28,874 nucleotides of DNA from Leptolyngbyaceae cyanobacterium (GTDB lineage: Bacteria; Cyanobacteriota; Cyanobacteriia; Phormidesmidales; Phormidesmidaceae), in the NCBI GenBank assembly GCA_965263355.1, contig CBDHHL010000054.1, forward strand, positions 1 to 28,874, written 5' to 3'. Below the pieces are notes generated by a model that saw nothing but the letters and a program-made list of their open reading frames with translations, did not search any database and was not told where the DNA came from. Below, piece by piece: positions 8,876 through 17,577 of this stretch. The translations under genes were made by a program, and so were the position numbers. Within the stretch, counting starts at the first letter, position 1, and the number at the start of each line of letters is the position of its first letter.

Positions 8876-10402
8876 ATGGCTTACAACACCATTTCCATGC
8901 CAACAGAACTCAAAGTTGCTTCAACAAATATCAGCCCTGACCAGGGGCTCGTGCTCTCATCCTATTGGTTTGGTCTCCATGACGGTAGCTTTGATTATTT
9001 CAACGCTGGAGAAGCGGCCTCTATCGCCCTGGAAGGTCTTGCCGAAGACGCATCGACGGGCGACCCGCAAGGACAGCAACCCCCTGAGATCCTCGAAGCA
9101 TTGATCGCTGGTGGTACTGACTTCAGTCTCGCACCCACCGAAACTCTCGCAGATGAATTTGCTGCCAGTGATGCCGCACAGAACAATGGCTATCAGGCAA
9201 TACTACTAAACGACAACTTAAATCGAGTCCCGATTGTGCACGATTTCCCAGGTGAAACAACGGAGTTTCAATTCACTGTTCCCGATTTTAACGCCACGCA
9301 GCATGGTTACTTTAGCTATGCATCCATGCCATTTCCCACCAACGATGCCTTTATTGGTAATGATGATCCAATGGAAGTGTCGTTGTTTGATGCAGACGGT
9401 AACTTTGTCGGTGCTAACTTTGTGGTTGTCGGTAGTGATGTCTGGGATGCAGGCACCGAGGTAAACACCGAGAGCCCAGATGATGTGCCCTTTGCTTTGA
9501 GTCAGCTATTTAAGGGACCCGATGAAAATGGTGTTGTTCATAAGCACGAACCATTAATGCCACCGGGTGCAGGTGGCGTCGTTGATTTTGAGCTAAACGG
9601 GGAGACCCCTTTTGCCAATTCCGACTTCACAGCTCCCAACTATGAGGTGGCCCAGATTACGGTCTCGGGTATTTACCAAGGTACTCGCCAGGGCGATCTC
9701 ATTGTGGCCGGTGTTGGTGATGATGAAATTAACGGCAAAAGAGGAAACGATCTGATTGCAGGAGGCCTAGGCAATGACCTTATCCAAGGAGGACGAGGCC
9801 ACGATATTCTCAGAGGTGACTTAAACAATCGTGACCCTCAATCGGATATCGCAGGAGGCGATGACATTATCCACGGTGGCAGAGGTAACGACCGTATTGG
9901 CGGAAAATCAGGTAATGACACACTGTACGGAGATCAGGGCAAAGACGCCATCTGGGGTGATGCCGGGGATGATCTACTCGATGGTGGACGCGGCAAGGAT
10001 ACTCTCATTGGCGGTATCGGTAGCGATCAGCTGGTTGGGGGTCGAGGAAAAGATATCCTTACTGGCGTAGATCCTAGTGCTCAGGCGGCAGGCTTTGGTG
10101 AGTTTGACCAAATGACTGGCGGTAAGGGCGCAGATCGTTTCATTTTAGGCGATAAAAAACAAACCTACTACCTTGGCCAAGGACTGGTGGATCATGCCGC
10201 TATCTTCGACTTTTCTCTGGCCGAAGGTGACGTCATTCAGCTTCACGGCGAAGCCGCTGACTACAGCTTAGGGGCCTTTACCGAAGGCGAAATTTCGGGC
10301 GTCACCATCGTCACAGGCGGCGACCTAGTTGGAGCCGTGGCTGGCATCTCACTGGCTGACCTCAGTCTGAGCGATACAGCTGCGTTTGAATTTGTCGGTT
10401 AA
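8876..10402 (+). CDS. Spondin-domain protein with RTX/hemolysin-type Ca-binding repeats
   Basis: Spondin_N-like motifs (LAEDA, SYASMPFPTNDAFIG, WDAGTEVN) followed by many GGxGxDxL/I nonapeptides; AAGGAG RBS before ATG 8876. Confidence 0.85.
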   Translation: MAYNTISMPTELKVASTNISPDQGLVLSSYWFGLHDGSFDYFNAGEAASIALEGLAEDASTGDPQGQQPPEILEALIAGGTDFSLAPTETLADEFAASDAAQNNGYQAILLNDNLNRVPIVHDFPGETTEFQFTVPDFNATQHGYFSYASMPFPTNDAFIGNDDPMEVSLFDADGNFVGANFVVVGSDVWDAGTEVNTESPDDVPFALSQLFKGPDENGVVHKHEPLMPPGAGGVVDFELNGETPFANSDFTAPNYEVAQITVSGIYQGTRQGDLIVAGVGDDEINGKRGNDLIAGGLGNDLIQGGRGHDILRGDLNNRDPQSDIAGGDDIIHGGRGNDRIGGKSGNDTLYGDQGKDAIWGDAGDDLLDGGRGKDTLIGGIGSDQLVGGRGKDILTGVDPSAQAAGFGEFDQMTGGKGADRFILGDKKQTYYLGQGLVDHAAIFDFSLAEGDVIQLHGEAADYSLGAFTEGEISGVTIVTGGDLVGAVAGISLADLSLSDTAAFEFVG

Positions 10403-10426
10403 GTCATTCACTCAACATCACTACAA

Positions 10427-10786
10427 ATGGAGAACCTTCCCATGATTACCAATACGAAAAAAATTCTTACACTTGGTCTGAGCCTGGGCTTGCTGGCCAT
10501 GATTGCTCAACCTATTCGATTAGAGCCTCGTCAGCCAGATCAGATTGTTCAAAATGGCTTGCGTCTCAATGGTCTACGCCTAAATGGCCTGCGCTTAAAT
10601 GGTCTACGTCTCAATGGTCTGCGTTTGAATAGTCCAGCCTCCAATCAACAGGCTGTGAATCTATCTGAAGAGACTCCACCTGATTGGTTAAACCCCTCTA
10701 TTACAACCGTTCAGCTGCCTGGTCATAACAACGTTGACAGCATTCTGCTCGAAGACGGTAAACTCTCCTTTCGGTCAGCTGAATAG
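10427..10786 (+). CDS. Small, probably exported protein with (NGLRL)5 repeat
   Basis: KK plus hydrophobic N-terminal segment (signal peptide-like); five exact NGLRL repeats; lies between two co-oriented genes. Confidence 0.75.
   Translation: MENLPMITNTKKILTLGLSLGLLAMIAQPIRLEPRQPDQIVQNGLRLNGLRLNGLRLNGLRLNGLRLNSPASNQQAVNLSEETPPDWLNPSITTVQLPGHNNVDSILLEDGKLSFRSAE
10553..10627 (+). repeat. 5 x 15-bp coding tandem repeat (NGLRL)
   Basis: aatggcttgcgtctc / aatggtctacgccta / aatggcctgcgctta / aatggtctacgtctc / aatggtctgcgtttg; all differences are synonymous. Confidence 0.95.
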
Positions 10787-10804
10787 GTATCCACAAGGGT
10801 AATC

Positions 10805-11566
10805 ATGCAACGCTTTTACTGGCTTATACTACTGGTTTTAATTGGGGGTGGTGTGATCGCCCACAATCGATCAACCCACTCTCAGCCCGTCATCGAAAAC
10901 GTGGATGCTATCTTAACGACTTTTGATGAGCAGGGGCAATCGCGCACACTGGCTATCAAAGATGTACAGCTCGACCCTGACGATAGGGCACAAGAAATTT
11001 ACTTATATACTGTGCTCCATCAGGGAAACAATGGGCAGTGGCACAACCTGTGTTTGCCAGATGTTAAGGGCGTTGCTAAAGCCTTACCCTTGGCTGGACG
11101 ATGGAATCACACGGGGGCACATATTGATGACGACAATATCACCTTTGCCTGCACCAATGGTGCCCTCGCTAAATGCGTTCGTTGGGGGTATAAACCTTGG
11201 AAAACCATCCAAGGTGAATCATTGCGAGATTATCATCAAGCCTGCACCCGGCTAGTACGGGCTGATTACTGTGGGGACGGCATCAGCCATACCCAAGAAG
11301 GCACTTCCATCGACGTATACGATCGCCTCGGATTACAACAACGTACTCAGCAAAGTGGCATGACGTTTGAAGCCGCTTGGGATGCCAACGGGGCGATTCA
11401 ACTCAATCACACCCGCTTCCCAGACACGATTGAAACATTGCAGCAGGCTTGCCCTGAAAAGCTATCAGCAAGCCTGCCAGCAGAGGCTACCAATCGTCAA
11501 ACCTTGGGTAAGTACCTGAAGCCAATACTGTTCAACGATTCATTCGTTCCACTCGAAATACCGTAA
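10805..11566 (+). CDS. ADYC-domain protein, probably exported and Cys-rich
   Basis: FACTNGALAKCVRWGYKPW, HQACTRLVRADYCGDG, FEAAW motifs; N-terminal hydrophobic segment. Confidence 0.85.
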   Translation: MQRFYWLILLVLIGGGVIAHNRSTHSQPVIENVDAILTTFDEQGQSRTLAIKDVQLDPDDRAQEIYLYTVLHQGNNGQWHNLCLPDVKGVAKALPLAGRWNHTGAHIDDDNITFACTNGALAKCVRWGYKPWKTIQGESLRDYHQACTRLVRADYCGDGISHTQEGTSIDVYDRLGLQQRTQQSGMTFEAAWDANGAIQLNHTRFPDTIETLQQACPEKLSASLPAEATNRQTLGKYLKPILFNDSFVPLEIP

Positions 11567-11616
11567 AACCGGGATTGAAGATTACGCATCCAACAACACA
11601 AACTCGGGTTATCGTA

Positions 11617-12153
11617 ATGCCTAATTCTCAAACACTCGCTATTAGCCGACAAGACTACGGGATCAAACTCTTATTTCCTAACGATGCGGCACATTTGCAA
11701 ATCCTGTTTGATCAATGCGCTGACTTTTTTATGATGACTAACGGCGCACCCGCTGCCCCAACTACAGCTGCCGAAGAGTTTACTGATGTTCCTGATAGCA
11801 AAACGCCTGAAGATATTAGTGCATTTGGATTGATAGACGACCACGGCCATCTTATCGGCACTCTCATTGGGGTACAGCAGTACCCTGACGCTGACACCTG
11901 GTGGATCGGGCTTATGCTGCTGGCTCCTGAATATCGGAGGCAAGGGCTCGGACGAGATTTTTATCGCGCTTTTGAGCAGTGGATTGGCCAGCAAGACTAT
12001 CAGTTTATCGCGCTGTGTGCAATCTCATCCAACACTGCTGGTAGACAATTTTGGCAGCGCATGGGATTTGAAGAGCGCCGAAAAACACCGCCGCGAGTCT
12101 ATGGCACCAAAACTCATGCGGTTCATGTTTATCAACGACAAATTAAATCATGA
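11617..12153 (+). CDS. GNAT-family N-acetyltransferase
   Basis: IGLMLLAPEYRRQGLG (acetyl-CoA motif A), N-x-x-G-x-x-FW-x-x-MGF. Confidence 0.88.
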   Translation: MPNSQTLAISRQDYGIKLLFPNDAAHLQILFDQCADFFMMTNGAPAAPTTAAEEFTDVPDSKTPEDISAFGLIDDHGHLIGTLIGVQQYPDADTWWIGLMLLAPEYRRQGLGRDFYRAFEQWIGQQDYQFIALCAISSNTAGRQFWQRMGFEERRKTPPRVYGTKTHAVHVYQRQIKS

Positions 12154-12181
12154 CAACCCAAATAACAGGAGATCGAAAATC

Positions 12182-13453
12182 GTGAATGTTTTTATCGTAA
12201 CGGCAGGTTCACGGGGCGATGTGCAGCCTTTTATTGCCCTGGGTCAAGGCTTAAAACAAGCTGGGCATACCGTTACGCTCTGCACTTGCTCAAGTTTTAA
12301 GACATTTATTACCGAGCATGGTCTGAACTATGGCTACATGAACAATGACTTCATCAAGCTAGTTGGTTCAGAAACGGGGCGTAAAGCAATAGAAGGAGGG
12401 AAAAATGCCTTTAGCCTGATTAAAACCTCCCTAACCTTACTAAAAGAGTCCAAGGCCCTAAATCGGGATATGCTCGAGGATGCGTGGAATGCTGCGCAAG
12501 CTGTCCAGCCCGATATCATCATTTTCCATCCTAAAGTGCTGGCAGGTTCACACATTGCAGAGAAATTAGGCATTCCAGCCATTATGGCGCTGCTGGTGCC
12601 TGCGATTGTCCCCACGGCTGAGTTCGTTGCTACGGGCTTTCCAAATTTAAAGCTGGGCGCTAAATACAACCAGCTTTCCTATGGGATTGTGCGCCGAGGA
12701 TATCGTATGTATGACGATGTCGTGAACGAATTTCGCCAAACAACTCTCGACCTTAGCCCAGTCCCTAAAGATCAGAATCCTTTGCAAATGAGCAATGGCA
12801 AACCAATATCAGTAATACATGGCTATAGCAAACACATTTCCCCACGCCCAAACGATTGGCCCAGGACGGCTCATACTACGGGCTATTGGTTTTTAGAGCA
12901 TAGAGAAGACTATCAACCTCCCAGCGACTTGGTAGATTTTTTAGCAGCAGGTGAGGCCCCCATTTATGTTGGCTTTGGCAGTATGGCTGGGCGCAATCCA
13001 GAACGGATAACAAGTGCTGTGATAGAGGCCATTCAACAATCAGGAGTACGCGGCATTATTGCCACAGGCTGGGGTGGCTTAAAGGCAGCCCACTTACCAG
13101 AAACCATTTTCAAACTTGAACACGTTTCCCACGACTGGCTATTTCCTCAGGTATCGGCAGTGATTCACCACGGAGGGGCAGGCACCACTGCCGCTGGGCT
13201 GCGGGCAAGTAAACCCACTATCATCTGCCCTTTTCTAATTGACCAACCTTACTGGGGCGAACGCATCTATTCACTAGGAGCCGGCAGTAAACCCATTCCA
13301 CAAAAGAACTTGACAGCGACGAAACTGGCTGCCGCAATTCGAAAAGTGACAACAGAATCCTCCATTCAAGAAACTGCTGAAAGAATAAGCAGCAAACTCA
13401 ATAGCGAGGATGGCATTGGTAATGCCATTTCAATCATAGAGAACCACCTGTAA
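12182..13453 (+). CDS. GT1-family glycosyltransferase (sterol glucosyltransferase-like)
   Basis: GSRGDVQPF, PIYVGFGSM, HDWLFP, HHGGAGTT, DQPYWG; likely GTG start at 12182 after AGGAG. Confidence 0.9.
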   Translation: MNVFIVTAGSRGDVQPFIALGQGLKQAGHTVTLCTCSSFKTFITEHGLNYGYMNNDFIKLVGSETGRKAIEGGKNAFSLIKTSLTLLKESKALNRDMLEDAWNAAQAVQPDIIIFHPKVLAGSHIAEKLGIPAIMALLVPAIVPTAEFVATGFPNLKLGAKYNQLSYGIVRRGYRMYDDVVNEFRQTTLDLSPVPKDQNPLQMSNGKPISVIHGYSKHISPRPNDWPRTAHTTGYWFLEHREDYQPPSDLVDFLAAGEAPIYVGFGSMAGRNPERITSAVIEAIQQSGVRGIIATGWGGLKAAHLPETIFKLEHVSHDWLFPQVSAVIHHGGAGTTAAGLRASKPTIICPFLIDQPYWGERIYSLGAGSKPIPQKNLTATKLAAAIRKVTTESSIQETAERISSKLNSEDGIGNAISIIENHL

Positions 13454-13474
13454 TCGAAGAAACACTTTTTTATC

Positions 13475-14362
13475 ATGAGTCAACAAGACTTAAAAAACAT
13501 TATTGCAATGCTGCCAGACTTTGTCTGGGGTGAGACCCCGGCTGAGATGAGAGAAAACTTTGAAGCGGGTTTCACATTGCCGACCCATCCAACTGCCCAA
13601 GTAACCTCCATCGATGCTGATGGTGTCCCTGCAGCACTTATTGTTCATCCTCCAGCTAGCTCTAACGTGATTCTCTATCTCCATGGTGGAGGCTTTATTA
13701 TGGGGTCCTGCCAAACCCATCGCCGTATTGCTGCTGACCTGGCTGAAGCGTCAGGAGCGAGTGTACTCTGTCTCGACTATCGCCTTGCTCCAGAATATCC
13801 ATTTCCAGCTGGGCTAGAAGATTCACTAACGGCCTATCACTGGCTGCTTAAGGAATTCCAGCCTCAGCAGATAGCACTTGTCGGAGATTCAGCTGGAGGA
13901 AATCTAGCGTTAGCCACACTGTTATCTTTACGGGATGCAGGCAAAACCTTACCAGCATCAACCGTTTTGATTTCACCTTACTGCGACCAGACCAGAACAA
14001 GTCAAACTATCGTAAGCCACGCTGAAAGAGACCCCATGGTGTCATCAGACCTGCTAAACACTGTCACTGCTTGTTATGCACCCAACAGAGATTTGCAAAA
14101 TCCGCTGATTTCACCAATATACGGTGACCTGTCAGGACTACCACCCCTACTTGTTCATGTTGGTGCAGCTGAGGTTCTACTGGATGATGCACTCAAACTT
14201 GTGCGTCAGATCGGCTTAGTCAATGGCTCCGTTGAAATCAAGGTTTGGCAAGATATGATTCACTGCTTCCATCTATTTGCACCAATCTTATCGGAAGGGC
14301 GAGTTGCTATCTCAGAGATAGCGACTTTCTTGAATCGTTACTGGTCATCATCTCAGGAGTGA
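13475..14362 (+). CDS. Alpha/beta hydrolase, HSL-family esterase
   Basis: HGGG oxyanion motif, DYRLAPE, GDSAGG nucleophile, C-terminal MIHCF histidine. Confidence 0.92.
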   Translation: MSQQDLKNIIAMLPDFVWGETPAEMRENFEAGFTLPTHPTAQVTSIDADGVPAALIVHPPASSNVILYLHGGGFIMGSCQTHRRIAADLAEASGASVLCLDYRLAPEYPFPAGLEDSLTAYHWLLKEFQPQQIALVGDSAGGNLALATLLSLRDAGKTLPASTVLISPYCDQTRTSQTIVSHAERDPMVSSDLLNTVTACYAPNRDLQNPLISPIYGDLSGLPPLLVHVGAAEVLLDDALKLVRQIGLVNGSVEIKVWQDMIHCFHLFAPILSEGRVAISEIATFLNRYWSSSQE

Positions 14363-14411
14363 GCAGAATAAAATTGAACCGGTGCGATATAGAGAAGCCT
14401 CACAGGCAGCA

Positions 14412-15836
14412 CTAAAAATAGTCAAACGTACGACGCAGAACAAGCTCATTATCTGCAGTAATTGTTCGAGTACCACTCTCCATCATCGAAATAAGCCCTT
14501 GACTAATCCCAGTTAGCATCGCCAACTTACGCTGACTCCAGCCCTTTTCCGCCCTAAGACTCTTAATTTCCTCTGGAGTCAACTTAGGTACCGCAGGCTC
14601 TATCTCAACAGATTCCTCTGCCACCTCTCCAGACGGAAGATTGGCCGTATCCCAACTCTCAGGCGGAGAAACCAACAACTGCGCCTTTAACAACTGATCA
14701 AAAAATCCCCTAGGCCGACGACTCGTATCCCGCCCAAACCCCGACGGCTGAATCTCCACCGGATACGTCTCAGCATCAAACGTAATCTGCCAACCCCGAT
14801 CATGTAACGCCAGCAAATCCTCATCCCACGTATTCGTCAGCTTCTTCCGCAGTTGATTATCCGACTGCGCATTGTGCACACGTTCCACACCATAGGCCAC
14901 CTCCAACAGAGTACGCACTCGCAACGGATGTTGTGGACTAAACTGCGCCTTAAACAACAGCCACACCATCAATCGAGCAGCCCCCGCCCGGTGCTGCCAA
15001 ATGCTCATCACACTTTCCAACAGTGATTTCGGCAACACACCTGGATTCACCGGCAGCTCCTGCTCCTGAGCCGCTTCCTCATTCAAAAAGTACTTAGCCC
15101 ACAGCCCCGCCTTCACCACAAAGGACATCCCAGTCAGCTCTTTATTCCCAAAAATATCCTGCTGGTAATGATGGCGAGTACCCAAGAGGTGCCACAGGCG
15201 TCCTTCCTCAACCGTAAACCCCTTTCGCTTGCCGTGGCGCGGCCAGGAAATCAGTGTCGTAATCTTACAAGGCTGTTTAACAATCTCCTCAATCAGCGCT
15301 AGCTTCTCACGACGGTTTTTATCTGTACGTCGCTGCAAACCAAGATAGGCCTCAATTTGGCGATCATCAATCACCAACTCCTCTTCCCAGGGCCGTTCCA
15401 TCTGAGACGCATGGGCCGCCAGGATCAGGTGTATACACGCCGCCCGAATATCAAACGTATCAATAACCGCCAGGGCCGCCGCCCCCGCTAAGGCGGCAGG
15501 ATGTTCTTCTTCCGTATTGTCCGCAACCCAGAAACAAATTGCCCCCTGGCCATCATTAACCTCACGGCTATAGATCAGCTTGCCATCGGGATCAGTGGTC
15601 CAAGGCAACTGCTGACGCTGGGTGAGAATATTGCTCGCTTCCCAGATTGGCAATGAGGACGTTACTTTAGTCAGCGATCCCTGATCAAATAGATCTGGAT
15701 TTGTTTTAGGACGCTCACCTGGGGCGGATTTAGTGGCAGGCTGTTTCTGCTGTGTCGCGACAGAACGACTTGCCCGCGTCTCAGCATCTAGTTTTTTGTT
15801 AGATTTTGAGGCCATTGGATTCCCTGACTTCAACAT
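14412..15836 (-). CDS. Plasmid protein with C-terminal XRE/Cro HTH; possible replication or origin-binding factor
   Basis: C-terminal IKSLRAEKGWSQRKLAMLTGISQGLISMMESG is an HTH_3 motif; the roughly 400-aa N-terminal part is unassigned; divergent from the Rep-like gene across the repeat array. Confidence 0.8.
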   Translation of the reverse strand: MLKSGNPMASKSNKKLDAETRASRSVATQQKQPATKSAPGERPKTNPDLFDQGSLTKVTSSLPIWEASNILTQRQQLPWTTDPDGKLIYSREVNDGQGAICFWVADNTEEEHPAALAGAAALAVIDTFDIRAACIHLILAAHASQMERPWEEELVIDDRQIEAYLGLQRRTDKNRREKLALIEEIVKQPCKITTLISWPRHGKRKGFTVEEGRLWHLLGTRHHYQQDIFGNKELTGMSFVVKAGLWAKYFLNEEAAQEQELPVNPGVLPKSLLESVMSIWQHRAGAARLMVWLLFKAQFSPQHPLRVRTLLEVAYGVERVHNAQSDNQLRKKLTNTWDEDLLALHDRGWQITFDAETYPVEIQPSGFGRDTSRRPRGFFDQLLKAQLLVSPPESWDTANLPSGEVAEESVEIEPAVPKLTPEEIKSLRAEKGWSQRKLAMLTGISQGLISMMESGTRTITADNELVLRRTFDYF

Positions 15837-16019
15837 TGTTCACGTCCAGGACGGTCATTTGTCCGTAGAAGAATCTACAGGTTTTAAATTGGACGTGGTT
15901 TAGAGAGCATCGGACGGGCAAGAAAGAACTATGCCAAGCTTTACACCACGCGGTGAATTATAGCGCCATATTCACACATATGAGGACAACTTACAGAAAG
16001 CGTGAATATTCTCATAGTC

Positions 16020-17315
16020 GTGATTACATTTAGCCTCAAAACCTCCATTTGATTACAAAATTCTCTAGACCCTGGCACCTAAACTGAGACAACAATAGTC
16101 AACACACCAGATAGCAACAGCTTTAGATGATTACAAGTAACTTTAGAACTCAAGCTCGATTACAAGTAATTCTAGAACCTAGACCCTAAAAATAGATCGT
16201 ACAAACCGTTGAAGTGATTACATTTAGGGGCGATAACGGCTGTGATTACAGGTTTTCTCTAGAACCTGAGCCCAAAGTTGATTACAACAAAGCCTAGTCC
16301 CTCGACCTGATTACAAACGTTTCTAGACCTCAGGCTTGATTACACAATTACTCTAGAACCCGAGCCCTAGAAAATCAGTCAGAAGCCTCATTGAAGTGAT
16401 TACATTTAGAGCTGATAGTGGCTGTGATTACAGGTTTTCTCTAGAGCCTGAGCCCAAAGCTGATTACAACATAACCTAGAGCCTCGACCTGATTACAAAT
16501 GTTTCTAGAACCTGGGCTTGATTACATGATTACTCTAGAGCCTAGTACCTAAAGTATGGTGTTGATGGGGAGTTAAAGGTGTTGCTTGGGGTCCCTCCGA
16601 GTTCCCCAACCCCCCTGGGCAGGGCCGGAACGCCGCCCTACAACCCAACGTACTGAGTTATTCCTAATGGCATTAAGTAAGGAGTTACGGCGAGGTCGAT
16701 TATATGTATCCCGGACTCGTTTCGATAACAGATTTAGGGCATCAAACTCACATCATGCTGCTATTGCTTATGAGCCCTAAGGTCGCTCATTACTAGATTA
16801 CATATGCTTTCTAGACTCTAGATCTCAAAGTTGATTACAAAAGGCTCTAAAGGCTAGACCTGATTACAGGTATCTCTAGAACCTGGTACCTGTAATCACA
16901 CTAGAACATTCCAAGAAGGCGGCATTTAGAAGCAAAACCCTAATCTTGATTACATTCTTGTTCTAGAGCTCAATCCCAAAGTGATTACAGAATTACAAAC
17001 ATACAGTTCTGATTACATCAATACTCTAGAGCCAGGCCCCTTCAGTGATTACATCCATGGTTCCCAAAGGGATTGATTACACGATTTATCTAGGGTCTGG
17101 CCCCCATAATGATTACAAAGTAGCTCTAGAACATGGACCGGAAAATTCTAGGTCCCCTACCCCAAACTCTCTAGACCCCATACCCAAAATTTTGATTGTT
17201 GTTATGTGATATTTCCCGACAACAAAAGAGTCTGATTTTTTTAGCCCTCTCAGAAGCTAAGCCATGATTACAAATTTTCTGTTATCAGAACAATCCAGGC
17301 AAGATTTTGTAATCA
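16020..17315 (+). repeat. Iteron-like array, consensus TGATTACA-N6-7-TCTAGA; putative replication origin
   Basis: About 24 direct GATTACA copies counted by eye, mostly spaced about 29 or 36 bp; two inverted copies (16891, 17308); a roughly 182-bp higher-order duplication (starts near 16209 and 16391). Confidence 0.85.
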
Positions 17316-17577
17316 GTCGATCTGTTATAAGCAGTGAAGTCAATATGAGTAGTTCATTTGTATAAGGCGCAATCACACAATTAAAACTCAGTGCTGTCAA
17401 GTGCTTTAGGCCATTTTGAAGCAGAACAGTTTTAGTTCTGTTCTTTTGGGTTTCTATCCCTAGCTGTCAGCAGGGTTGTTTTATGTTGCCAAAATACAGT
17501 CTACTCGTAGACAACGGGAATCACTCATCTGAGTGCAGCAACATCTCGATGTTGTTAACGGAACTGTAGACTGAAGC

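Noticed and set aside
11867..12181. N-terminal extension of the glycosyltransferase
   Set aside because: It overlaps the GNAT gene out of frame; the family motif and RBS point to GTG 12182.
16020..17315. CRISPR array
   Set aside because: Conserved boxes are only 6-8 bp, the intervening segments are short and related to each other, and no cas genes are present.
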